From positions 2,260-66,259 of the forward strand of contig CABVSA010000008.1 of the NCBI GenBank assembly GCA_902500805.1: a stretch of DNA of 64,000 nt. The letters run 5' to 3'. Every line of letters starts with the position of its first letter. The first letter of the stretch is position 1. This DNA comes from an uncultured Nitrospira sp. (GTDB taxonomy: Bacteria; Nitrospirota; Nitrospiria; Nitrospirales; Nitrospiraceae). A model generated the notes under the pieces. That model was not told the origin of the DNA. It searched no databases and saw nothing but the letters and a program-made list of their open reading frames with translations. The position numbers and the translations under genes were made by a program. Positions 1 through 8,463 of the stretch are shown here, one piece after another.

Positions 1-503
1 AGGCCAGTGTGACATCAGCGCGTGCCGCACGGGTCACAACAAGCGAGCCGAGGCAAGCGATCAGAAACCCAAACCAGGCGACCTGTCCCCACTGGCCAGG
101 TGAGATCCAGCCGAGGCCGCTGGCGAGGACGACGACGAGTGCTAGGTTTGTGGGATTGAAGATGTGTTTGTCTTTCCATCGGATGACGAACTTGCTGCCG
201 ATCGTGATGCCAGCGGCGAGTGCAGCAACAGCACAATCATTGGTGCGGAGGAGAAGGCACAGCGAGAGGGATGAAATCAGCGCGCTCTTGGGATCAAAGC
301 ACGGCAGGTGGAAATAGCGGGTACCCGCATATTGCATTAGTTGTGCTGTGCTGATGGTGATGGCGATCTGCCAGATTGAAATGTCAAAGTGGAGCACGAG
401 CAGCCCGTAGAGGAGGAGCGTCGAAAGGCTAGCGATTTGATAAAAGCGAGGATCCCGCCAGAAAGATGGTTCGCTTGGTTGGCTTGTGCCGTTGTCTTGG
501 CCC
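1..503 (-). CDS. Integral membrane protein, possibly NQR2/RnfD/RnfE-like (5' part only; C-terminus lies off the window)
   Basis: My own reverse-strand translation from the ATG at 503-501 is open to the window edge: MGQDNGTSQPSEPSFWRDPRFYQIASLSTLLLYGLLVLHFDISIWQ...SKFVIRWKDKHIFNPTNLALVVVLASG. It is absent from the ORF track because no stop lies inside the window. It has several hydrophobic helices. The family call rests only on remembered DPRxYQI and KHIFNP(A/T)N-type motifs. Confidence 0.45.
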
Positions 504-702
504 ATACATCCTCCTCAGGCTGATTTGGTCACGTGTGGCGGCCTTCACAGGAGGATATGGGGCGAGGGGAGAAATCCTTTCAGGTGCGAGGGCGAAGCAG
601 GCGGTGTTGACAAGTCACGTGCTCATTGTGAGAATAACGAGCAAGTGAAGGACGGGTTCACGGCATGATGAGTGTGAGTCGCTGGTCCAGTTCAAGCGTA
701 TA

Positions 703-1056
703 GTGAGGTTCTCAACGATGACAGCCTGGATCCTTCCTGCGTTGAAAGCCGCGCTGCCGCATGTGGGGACTATCTTGTCCGCAGCGGCTCCTGTGTTTAC
801 CAAGAAAAGTGCCGATGCCCCTACTAGTCAGGATTCGACCCTCCAACAGCAGGTTGCTGAGCTTCAGGCTACTGCGGCTAAGAACGACACGTACCTCAAA
901 GATTTAGCCATACAAATGCGAACAATGCTTGGAGCGCTTGAACAGGGTGCGGCTCTGGAGGAGCGTCGGTATCGACGTCTTTTGATGCTGTGTCTTGCAA
1001 CGGGGATGATAGGGGTGGTCTCGCTGGGATTGGTCTTGATCGTACTACTCCGATAG
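703..1056 (+). CDS. Hypothetical protein with a coiled-coil middle and a C-terminal transmembrane anchor
   Basis: 117-aa ORF with a GTG start at 703 (alternative ATG at 718). A Q/A-rich helical segment is followed by the hydrophobic tail LLMLCLATGMIGVVSLGLVLIVLL. No family recognised. Confidence 0.4.
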   Translation: MRFSTMTAWILPALKAALPHVGTILSAAAPVFTKKSADAPTSQDSTLQQQVAELQATAAKNDTYLKDLAIQMRTMLGALEQGAALEERRYRRLLMLCLATGMIGVVSLGLVLIVLLR

Positions 1057-1362
1057 ACGTGCGATCCTATTCAGGGCCGCGTGAGCGGATATCGACGAGG
1101 AAGAGGCGGGAGTCCTTTGAAGGGTTTGCATAAGATCGTATGCGACCAATACGTCTCGGCTCTGATCGGATTGTACGGTGGCCAAAGGGATATGATCGTG
1201 GGGTGTAATAACTCCACCGGGGATTGAGGTTCCTCTCCGTCGCTCGCCCGCACTAGTATCAGCGTCCCCCCATGTCGGTTCGTCTCCAGAGAAGGTCCAG
1301 AATCTGTTCCGTAGCTGCGAACTGGAAGATGAACACGTAGGGGGAAGAATTCAGCTCTGATC

Positions 1363-1830
1363 TCAGCAGCCTTTAAACTTATTCGACCGACACTGTTCCG
1401 CGAGGCGCTTGGCTTCTGTAATTTGTGCGGGAGTCATGCGTTGGGCAACATCATCTCGATTCTCCACCGCTTGTTTGTGGTCCTCACCCTTCATATGTCC
1501 GGCCGCAAGATCTACCCACATGTAGGCCCGCACATAATCTTGAGGACCCCCAAGTCCTGCAAAATAGAGTTCTGCGAGATTGTTCTGCGCATGCGGATGA
1601 CCCTGTGCTGCAGCCTTCTCATACCACGTTCGTGCTTGAGTATAGTCCTGTGGCATGCCTTTTCCCTTGGCATACAGCTCCCCGAGGCCGTTCTGCGCCT
1701 CAGCATTCCCTTGATTGGCCTGAGTTTGGAGTGTGGACAGATCTTTCGTGCCGGCCGGAGGGAAGGCCAAACTCGGCCCACCGAGCAGAACAAGAGTCGT
1801 CAGAAGGATGATGAGGGCAGTGGGACGCAT
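1363..1830 (-). CDS. Sel1-repeat (TPR-like) exported protein
   Basis: Tandem Sel1 signatures: GNAEAQNGLGELYAKGKGMPQDYTQARTWYEKAAAQGHPHAQNNLAELYFAGLGGPQDYVRAYMWV. The ATG at 1830 gives a signal-peptide-like MRPTALIILLTTLVLLGGPSLA. The ORF-track TTG start at 1869 is an alternative. Confidence 0.8.
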   Translation of the reverse strand: MRPTALIILLTTLVLLGGPSLAFPPAGTKDLSTLQTQANQGNAEAQNGLGELYAKGKGMPQDYTQARTWYEKAAAQGHPHAQNNLAELYFAGLGGPQDYVRAYMWVDLAAGHMKGEDHKQAVENRDDVAQRMTPAQITEAKRLAEQCRSNKFKGC

Positions 1831-1877
1831 GAGTTGCTGAGTATGCCGCGCACACGAATGGATCGTCAAGATGAATC

Positions 1878-2225
1878 CTACCGAGCTCTCTGTGGGTACT
1901 CTGGTGGAGGCGGTTGGGCGGGCATAGGTGGCGGAGGTGGAAGTTGCAGGGGCCGATTGTTCAGTTGAAGAGGAGGGCCAAGGTTAAGTCCGGGACTGTG
2001 AGGTGGTTGTATCCGTATGATGTGCTCGCCGTTCGGGAGATTGGTCGACGTGTGTACATTACCGGCGGCATCCATGTGGACGGTTGTGCCACCTTCTGCG
2101 TCCAATACTTGCTGTAACCGTTCTTTCGCGCTGGGCTGTGGCGATAATTCCTCTCCACTTGCAAGCGACAGGCTTGCACAGCCGGTGACGAGTAGGATCA
2201 TGAGATGGCGAGCGATTCGATTCAT
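1878..2225 (-). CDS. Lipoprotein with a proline-rich C-terminus (hypothetical)
   Basis: The ATG at 2225 gives MNRIARHLMILLVTGCAS, a lipobox LVTGC. The C-terminus is LQLPPPPPMPAQPPPPEYPQRAR. It lies 8 nt upstream of the Sel1 gene on the same strand. Confidence 0.55.
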   Translation of the reverse strand: MNRIARHLMILLVTGCASLSLASGEELSPQPSAKERLQQVLDAEGGTTVHMDAAGNVHTSTNLPNGEHIIRIQPPHSPGLNLGPPLQLNNRPLQLPPPPPMPAQPPPPEYPQRAR

Positions 2226-2556
2226 GCGGACATTATACAACTGATCCGCGATGGATCAATGCCCTTGCGCCTGCACGCCTATCTCTCTTGACTGAACCGG
2301 CCCTGATGGGAATGTTTCGTGACTCTCACGCGAAGTGCTCACTGGTGCCTGCCGCAGTGGATGGTTTCCAAACCTGCGCCGCACCATTCATCTGCCTGTG
2401 CACATTTTGGCAACTTACTTGCCGATGCGGTGTTGACGGGTCACACTTTGTCGATTCAGTTCACCAGCTGCGATGGTGTCTCGTGGTGCTCAGCTGAGTT
2501 TCTGAGGGCATGAGAATTGTTCGCACGTCTAGGGCTCGTGGAACAAGGAATGAGAG

Positions 2557-2925
2557 ATGAAGCTTGTGGTCGTCTTCGGATTCTGTGTGCTTCTTCTGGG
2601 GCCGAATTTACTTTGGCTGAATTGGTCAACCGTGCGTATTGAGAATCGAGGTTCTCAGCCGATCGAGGAGGCCGTCCTCTTCGTCTGTGAGCAGCCGATG
2701 AGCCTGGGATCTTTGTCGCCAGGCGCCTCGCGTTTTCGGTTCTTACCCAAGTGCGGTGATGATTCACTAGAGATTCGAGCCGGTCAGCAGTCAACGAATT
2801 GTACGATCTACGTCGAAGGAGGGCTGTATCACGTGCAGGCGTGGTTTACGTCGTCGACGACGGGCGACTGCACCTATGGAGGGAGTCCTCCGCTGACGCC
2901 ACTATTACTGGCTGAGTTACTGTAG
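2557..2925 (+). CDS. Exported hypothetical protein
   Basis: 122-aa ORF with an N-terminal hydrophobic signal-like segment MKLVVVFGFCVLLLGPNLL. It is followed 18 nt later by the next ORF on the same strand. Confidence 0.45.
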   Translation: MKLVVVFGFCVLLLGPNLLWLNWSTVRIENRGSQPIEEAVLFVCEQPMSLGSLSPGASRFRFLPKCGDDSLEIRAGQQSTNCTIYVEGGLYHVQAWFTSSTTGDCTYGGSPPLTPLLLAELL

Positions 2926-2943
2926 GGAGATTGGCCAATCATC

Positions 2944-3768
2944 ATGCCGCAGGTCGCTCCTCGCATCTATTGTATTCCCGCGACTCAGGCGCCGGTGGTG
3001 GCCGTGTTTCGTCGAGGGCCGAGTAACTGGTCGCATATCGGACGGTGGGATCTGGCTACTCACCGCTACGAACCCGGTGCCTGGCTTGGCGGACGTATCT
3101 TCCCCCGGCGGTCTGATCTGTCTCCCGATGGTCAGTACCTCTGTTACTTCGCCCATAAGCCGAGTGCCACGTGGGAACATGGCGAGGCCTATGTCGCGCT
3201 CTCAAAGCTTCCATGGCTGAAGGCGCTGCATGCCTTTGGGACCTGCGGGACCTGGACACGCGGCTACTATTTCACGGAGGCCGATGGGTCTGATGATCGG
3301 CCGATGGAGAAACTCCCGATTCCATACGGATTACGTTCTATCCCTGCGATTCAATTCGCCAACGAACGACGACGAGGGTGGGTCGAGGCGGAGGATTCAC
3401 CGGCTCGTGATCCCGGGGATGCTTGGGATCAACATCGCAACGCTCGTATGCGAAAGCCACAGCCCTGTGGTACGCGAGTACTCTGCGTGGAAAGCGTGGG
3501 ATGGGCTGGAGGGGAGTTTGGTGTCGACCAGGCTGTCGATGGCCTGAATGTTCGATACTCTCTGGAGCTCAAGGGAGATCTTGAACTCTTGGAAGATGTT
3601 CAATGGGCCGATTGGAGCCAAGAAGGGCACTTACTCGTTGGCACGCGATCGGGACGGCTACAGATACGAACGTGTACACACGATAGCGCCAAGACTCTCT
3701 TCGAAGTGGATCTCTCGAACCTTGAACCGAGTCCTACACCTGCGCCGATTTGGGCTCAGAGCTGGTAG
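2944..3768 (+). CDS. Hypothetical protein
   Basis: 274-aa ORF with an ATG start. It contains an LSPDGQYL-type motif reminiscent of beta-propeller repeats. No family confidently recognised. Confidence 0.5.
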   Translation: MPQVAPRIYCIPATQAPVVAVFRRGPSNWSHIGRWDLATHRYEPGAWLGGRIFPRRSDLSPDGQYLCYFAHKPSATWEHGEAYVALSKLPWLKALHAFGTCGTWTRGYYFTEADGSDDRPMEKLPIPYGLRSIPAIQFANERRRGWVEAEDSPARDPGDAWDQHRNARMRKPQPCGTRVLCVESVGWAGGEFGVDQAVDGLNVRYSLELKGDLELLEDVQWADWSQEGHLLVGTRSGRLQIRTCTHDSAKTLFEVDLSNLEPSPTPAPIWAQSW

Positions 3769-3972
3769 TGGCAACGCCCTGACGCATCTCCGTCTATGTG
3801 CGAGCACCCATGACCGCACGGCCTACAAGCCTTCCGCAGGTCACCGTTCGGAGTCGCTCATGTCCAAAATCTTGAAATACGTTGCCTGAAAACCAATCTC
3901 ACGATACCCGTAGACCAAGCGCTGATTCCCAGCATCACACGTATCACAATGATTCAGTAAGGGAGGATGTTC

Positions 3973-4041
3973 ATGCATCTTGTCGTGGTGTCGGCATTGG
4001 TAGTCGGGTTGATGTATTTGCTGTGGCAGATCAGGCCGTAG
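3973..4041 (+). CDS. Candidate 22-aa hydrophobic small peptide (MHLVVVSALVVGLMYLLWQIRP)
   Basis: The strong SD AAGGGAGG at 3959-3966 lies 6 nt before the ATG at 3973. The product is a single predicted TM helix. It sits in an otherwise non-coding 530-nt gap and is below the ORF-track size cut-off. Confidence 0.3.
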   Translation: MHLVVVSALVVGLMYLLWQIRP

Positions 4042-4094
4042 CGCGCCTTTCCATATGACAGCAGCGAGCGCGCTTGAGTGAAGGCATGCTCTTG

Positions 4095-4126
4095 CACGGC
4101 CTCCAGGGGATAACCTGCTGGAGGCC
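4095..4126 (+). terminator. Perfect 12-bp hairpin downstream of the small-peptide ORF
   Basis: cacggcctccag-gggataac-ctggaggccgtg is a perfect inverted repeat. It lacks a strong T-tract (tcattatggtcttt follows), so its terminator function is uncertain. Confidence 0.3.
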
Positions 4127-4299
4127 GTGGTCATTATGGTCTTTGTATAATCTAGGCCTTCTGTCGTTCCTGTAGCACGAGCGCGTCAAAAACTACAAAA
4201 TCAGTTGCGAGAAATCTTGTCTCACGGTAGCCCTAGACTGGGTGCCGGCATCTGGTTCCGGTCCTGTTGGAATAACCGATCTATTAGAGGAGGCTATTC

Positions 4300-4668
4300 A
4301 TGCGCATCATCTTGATGTCTGTGGTCCTATCCGCAGTGATTGCTGGGTCTGGTTCTGTGGCCATGGCAGATGAGCTGACAAATCTCGGCTCTGAATTGAA
4401 GGGTGAAATGGGCTCCATGGCCAGCGAAACCAAAGGTGAGATGAAAGGCGAGCAGGACCAGATAAAGGAGAGCCTCAAGTCAAAAAAAGAGCAGATGAGG
4501 GCCGATATGAAGGCCAAACGAGAACAGATGAGATCAGAGATGAAGGGGAAACGAGACGCGTTGAAGGCCGAAAGAAAGGAGATGAAGAAAGCGGCGAAGG
4601 CCAAGAGATCCAAGGCCAAGAAGCAGGCTGAGGAAGCCGTCGAATCATTGGAGCCAAGCGCGTACTAG
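4300..4668 (+). CDS. Secreted Lys/Glu-rich low-complexity repeat protein
   Basis: The SD GAGGAGG precedes the ATG. The signal peptide is MRIILMSVVLSAVIAGSGSVAMA. The mature part has reiterated KGEM and K-x-K-(R/K)-E-Q-M-R-x-(D/E)-M-K units. Confidence 0.6.
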   Translation: MRIILMSVVLSAVIAGSGSVAMADELTNLGSELKGEMGSMASETKGEMKGEQDQIKESLKSKKEQMRADMKAKREQMRSEMKGKRDALKAERKEMKKAAKAKRSKAKKQAEEAVESLEPSAY

Positions 4669-4710
4669 AGGAACAGGTTTAACGCAATTCTGTTGCAACA
4701 GGGTCTCTCG

Positions 4711-4752
4711 CAGGGCCTCCGGAAGTACAGCTTCCGGAGGCCCTGTGTTTCT
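4711..4752. terminator. Intrinsic terminator hairpin between convergent genes
   Basis: Perfect 15-bp stem cagggcctccggaag / cttccggaggccctg with loop tacag, followed by tgtttcttg. Confidence 0.6.
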
Positions 4753-4811
4753 TGTGGCCAAGGCTCTCAAAACTGTTTTTTGGCGGTGAAGTTGGACGGC
4801 ATCAGGACGCG

Positions 4812-5117
4812 TTACACCACTTGTTCACAGGGTAAGACGAAGACGTGGAGTGGGAACATGAGGTCACCTGTGGACGCTTCTTGCCCGAGGCGAAACCGCT
4901 TGAACCCGTCGATGAGACGGTGGGCTGATTGTTCGGGAACCGCGACAAGAATCATCCGGTTCGTTGAGGGAGCGAGAAAGAACTGGCTGGTCAGTCCGGT
5001 CTCTCCTTTTCCTGTGACGTTGTGCAGCTCGCTGTATGAAGTCACCTCATATTCCTTCAAGATGGCATGTACCTGTTCAACGAGCGATTCACGAAACACG
5101 ATGACCAACATTTCCAT
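4812..5117 (-). CDS. Small alpha/beta protein, possibly with a PII/CutA-like fold
   Basis: The internal ATG at 5117 is preceded by GGAG at 8 nt spacing. The 101-aa product MEMLVIVFRESLVEQVHAILKEYEVTSYSELHNVTGKGETG... has a beta-alpha-beta pattern with a GKGETG loop. The fold assignment is from memory only. Confidence 0.5.
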   Translation of the reverse strand: MEMLVIVFRESLVEQVHAILKEYEVTSYSELHNVTGKGETGLTSQFFLAPSTNRMILVAVPEQSAHRLIDGFKRFRLGQEASTGDLMFPLHVFVLPCEQVV

Positions 5118-5341
5118 GCGCGTCGCTCCTCTGTCCTGGCCGGTGTCAAGTCTCGATCTATTATCAATAGCGCCAGGAACAATTACAAGTACAAGCTCAA
5201 GAGAGGTTTCGAGGTTTCTCACAACACGATGGCGAGCCTGGCGGGCCTTCAGGATGGAGGGTTGGCTCGACAAGAGCAGAGGCGATAGGCTATAACGATC
5301 TGCTCAACAGCTTCGTGCGGGAATCAACCAGGAACGGGGTT

Positions 5342-5662
5342 ATGCAAGAATATGCCGCGTATTACGGGACTGCCTGTTTCATCCTTTCGATGTATCTTCT
5401 CTTCAAGGGCGTGACTGCCGCGTTACGACAGCGAAGCGAAGATCATTCCACGACGCTGGTGCCTGCCTATGTCTATGGAATCCTCGCGTCGGTAGCGCTC
5501 ACCTATGCGTTGGGACTTCTGAGGATGAAGTTTCCCGGGTGGGAACTACCTTGGTGGGGAAATCGGATTATTTTCCCGGGCACGACCATGCTCTTCCCGG
5601 GCATTATTTATCTTGTCGGTCGGCGGCCTTCAACACGCCGAATCGATCGTGTCGACGTATAA
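5342..5662 (+). CDS. Small integral membrane protein (hypothetical)
   Basis: The ATG at 5342 follows ggaacgggg. The product has three hydrophobic segments (ACFILSMYLLF, YVYGILASVALTYALGLL, IIFPGTTMLFPGIIYLV). Confidence 0.5.
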   Translation: MQEYAAYYGTACFILSMYLLFKGVTAALRQRSEDHSTTLVPAYVYGILASVALTYALGLLRMKFPGWELPWWGNRIIFPGTTMLFPGIIYLVGRRPSTRRIDRVDV

Positions 5663-5712
5663 CCAAGTTCAACCTTCCTTTATAGCCGATCTAGACGACA
5701 GGACACTCTGCA

Positions 5713-6906
5713 TTACTTCGCGATGGTGATGCTCGGTACGCCAGCTCGCGAGACCTCCGTGACGGTCATCTGGAACAGCTGCGACAAAAGCTTGAACGCT
5801 TCGCGGTTCCAGCGAGCCTGTGGGCCGCTTGTATTGACGGCGTAATACTGCCCGTGGGATTTCATGGCCAGATCCAACTTGGACGGTGATGATGGTGACA
5901 CGATCAGATCCAGCGTCTTCACCGGATTTTCCGCTACCTCGGGGGTTCGGCTGTCTTTATCAACATGGTATTCACCTTCCTCGGAGATGGAGAGTCCGAG
6001 AAAGTTCAAGATCGCATTGAAGCTTCGTAATCGAACGTCACCTTTGATCGGCCAATCACCGCCATAATAACCGGGGCGGATGTCAAACGTCACATCGTGT
6101 CTGAGCCCCTGCTCATTCTCGTGTTGCAAGCGGGCTCGCTCGTCTTGGGAGAGCAGATTTGGGTCATAATTCGTAATCAGCGTCCCACCTTCAACTTGTT
6201 TTCGCAACGTAAACGTTTTGTCTTGGGCGTGATAGGACACCTGGTACTCCTGTTCGAGCGCTTTGAACCCCTCCGCCGTGACTGCTTCTGCGGGAATCGT
6301 CCAACTACGTTCGACATTCAACGGCTCGACGTAGAGGCTGTTATGGTCTTGAATCGCTGAAAGATGCAGCACCACACGCCTGAATGTCTCGTAGCCGATC
6401 TTGTCGGACGGACTATTTCGATACGCGACGACTCCGGTGCCACGACTCATTCGGACTTCTTTGGCCATCATCCGCAACAGCAGATCGATATCGATCCCCT
6501 GGCGGAGAAGCAACGTCAGCTTGGCTTCATGGAATGGCGTCAGCAAGCGTTGGGTAAATTCTTCGCCCTCAATTGGGGCGATACTGATAGTCGGGTTCTC
6601 AGCCACGCTTCCACCGATGACGGGCAAAATCGTTCGGCTTGCATCACCGGTCAAAGCCGGTGTGGCACCGGCGGTAAATCGAAAATCGAACGTCGCCGCC
6701 ACGTTGGAGACGCCGGTGAAGTGAATGGGCTGATGGTGTTGGGCTCTGGCGATATTCACAAGCAGTTGTTTGGATTGTGATTCGGTGATGGCGTCGTCGT
6801 AGGCGATGACGGCTCGAGTCAGGGTAATAGGAGAGAGGCATCCCGAGAGAAGAAGACCGAAGAGCGTCAGGAGGATAGCTGGTAGAGCGAATGTTCTGTT
6901 GTCCAT
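5713..6906 (-). CDS. Lipoprotein of unknown function
   Basis: The ATG at 6906 gives MDNRTFALPAILLTLFGLLLSGC, a lipobox LSGC. The ORF-track GTG start at 6960 is an alternative. It is co-directional with and downstream of the P450 gene. Confidence 0.6.
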   Translation of the reverse strand: MDNRTFALPAILLTLFGLLLSGCLSPITLTRAVIAYDDAITESQSKQLLVNIARAQHHQPIHFTGVSNVAATFDFRFTAGATPALTGDASRTILPVIGGSVAENPTISIAPIEGEEFTQRLLTPFHEAKLTLLLRQGIDIDLLLRMMAKEVRMSRGTGVVAYRNSPSDKIGYETFRRVVLHLSAIQDHNSLYVEPLNVERSWTIPAEAVTAEGFKALEQEYQVSYHAQDKTFTLRKQVEGGTLITNYDPNLLSQDERARLQHENEQGLRHDVTFDIRPGYYGGDWPIKGDVRLRSFNAILNFLGLSISEEGEYHVDKDSRTPEVAENPVKTLDLIVSPSSPSKLDLAMKSHGQYYAVNTSGPQARWNREAFKLLSQLFQMTVTEVSRAGVPSITIAK

Positions 6907-6998
6907 CGAGGATGGCCGGTTAGTCAAACATCGTCCAGACGGAGATGCGAGTTCTACCACATCAATGAACAGAAGGGTAGCTGTCGGAGAAAGGCGAG

Positions 6999-8414
6999 CT
7001 ATGCGACAACGGGATCGGTTGTGGGGAGATTCACTCGCTGGACGGTCATCGCAATCGGAGTTCTGGGGTGGAGAGTCATCCCAGGCTCTGGGTGAATCGC
7101 CTGTTTATCGACGAGGCCGAGACGGACAGTCGACGCGATGGTTGCCAGGATCAAGAGGCCTTCCAGTTCCGCGAACGATTCGCCCAGACAGCGGCGTCCA
7201 CCAGCGCCGAAGGGAATGTAGGCATAGGCCGGACGGGTTCTGGTCGCTTCGTCAGAAAACCGTTCTGGGTCAAATCGCGCGGGCTCAGGAAACCAGCGTG
7301 GATTGCGGTGGAGATTCCAGGGGCTGATGAAAGCCCACGAACCGGGAGGAAGGATCGCTCCGGATGGAAGTCGATCTTCGCTCTCTGCCAGACGAGTGTG
7401 CAAGCTCCATGCGGGAGGATAGAGGCGAAGCGACTCGTCCCAGATCATCTGCAAGTAGGGAAGGCGAGGCAGATCGGCCGCGTCGGGAGTTCGATCACCG
7501 AGCACGTCTTTCAATTCACAGACCAATCGTTCCCAAACTGATTGATTCTGGGACAGAAGAAGCCACGTCCATGTGAGCGCATTGGCGGTGGTTTCATGAC
7601 CGGCGAGCAAGAATGTCATGAGCTCATCACGAATCTCTCTCTCGCTCAGTGGGTGACCACGGTCATCCTTCGCGGCCAGTAAGAGCGAGAGCACATCATC
7701 TCGGTGCTCAGCACTGCGTCGCCGATCACGAATCAATTGAAAAACTGTTTCTTCGATAACGTTGAAGCCACGGGTGAACCGGCGATGCCGGGGAATGGGA
7801 ATCCAGAGCGGGATCAGACTGGCCAGGAGCGAATCATACTGAAGTTTGATGAGTCGCTGGCCTGCTGAAATGGAGTCACGGATCAGGCCGGTATCCGACG
7901 GCACACCTTGTCCAAAGAGGAGACGCCAGATGACCGAGAGGGTGAGATAGGCCATGTCCTGTCCAATGTCGATCGTCATGCCATCGTGCCACTGGGCCAC
8001 TCGGGCTCGTGCTGTCTCGGTGATGAGTCCGCTGTAGGCCGTTACGTGGCTTCCGTGAAAAAACGGGAGAAACAGCCGCCGTTGAGCGTGATGGGTGTCA
8101 CCTTCCGTGTGCAGGACACCTTGCCCGAAGATCCGTGATTCGACTGGAGGAACTAGGCCTTTCCGATAATTGTCTTGATTCGTCACCAAGACATGTTTCA
8201 CGTCGGCCGGATGATTCAAGAGATACATGGCGGCATCGGGCTGTCGCAGGAGCAGTTCAACGACCAGTCCCATGGGGAGCTTGACGACGTCGCCGTAGAC
8301 TTGGCATTGCAATAGGAATCCGAGGGTATCCCGTCGAAGCTCAGCGAAGCAGCCCCACCAGCGAGAGACTGGTGGTCCGGGAAGGTGCGATGTTGGTGTA
8401 TGTTGGTCGGTCAT
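6999..8414 (-). CDS. Cytochrome P450
   Basis: Heme-binding loop FGAGGRRCLGESFA, ExxR (ESLRLYPP) and an AGHETT I-helix motif. The ATG at 8414 (MTDQHTPTSHLPGPP...) avoids overlap with the upstream MFS gene. The ORF-track start at 8711 would overlap it by about 250 nt. Confidence 0.9.
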   Translation of the reverse strand: MTDQHTPTSHLPGPPVSRWWGCFAELRRDTLGFLLQCQVYGDVVKLPMGLVVELLLRQPDAAMYLLNHPADVKHVLVTNQDNYRKGLVPPVESRIFGQGVLHTEGDTHHAQRRLFLPFFHGSHVTAYSGLITETARARVAQWHDGMTIDIGQDMAYLTLSVIWRLLFGQGVPSDTGLIRDSISAGQRLIKLQYDSLLASLIPLWIPIPRHRRFTRGFNVIEETVFQLIRDRRRSAEHRDDVLSLLLAAKDDRGHPLSEREIRDELMTFLLAGHETTANALTWTWLLLSQNQSVWERLVCELKDVLGDRTPDAADLPRLPYLQMIWDESLRLYPPAWSLHTRLAESEDRLPSGAILPPGSWAFISPWNLHRNPRWFPEPARFDPERFSDEATRTRPAYAYIPFGAGGRRCLGESFAELEGLLILATIASTVRLGLVDKQAIHPEPGMTLHPRTPIAMTVQRVNLPTTDPVVA

Positions 8415-8463
8415 GGGTGATGGCTCGTACTCAGTGGGACTACAGCATGGAGGAGAACGACTG

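Noticed and set aside
4693-5295. 200-aa plus-strand ORF opposite the PII-like candidate
   Set aside because: It begins inside the terminator hairpin region and has no SD and no motifs. The minus-strand ORF has an SD and a compact fold-like pattern.
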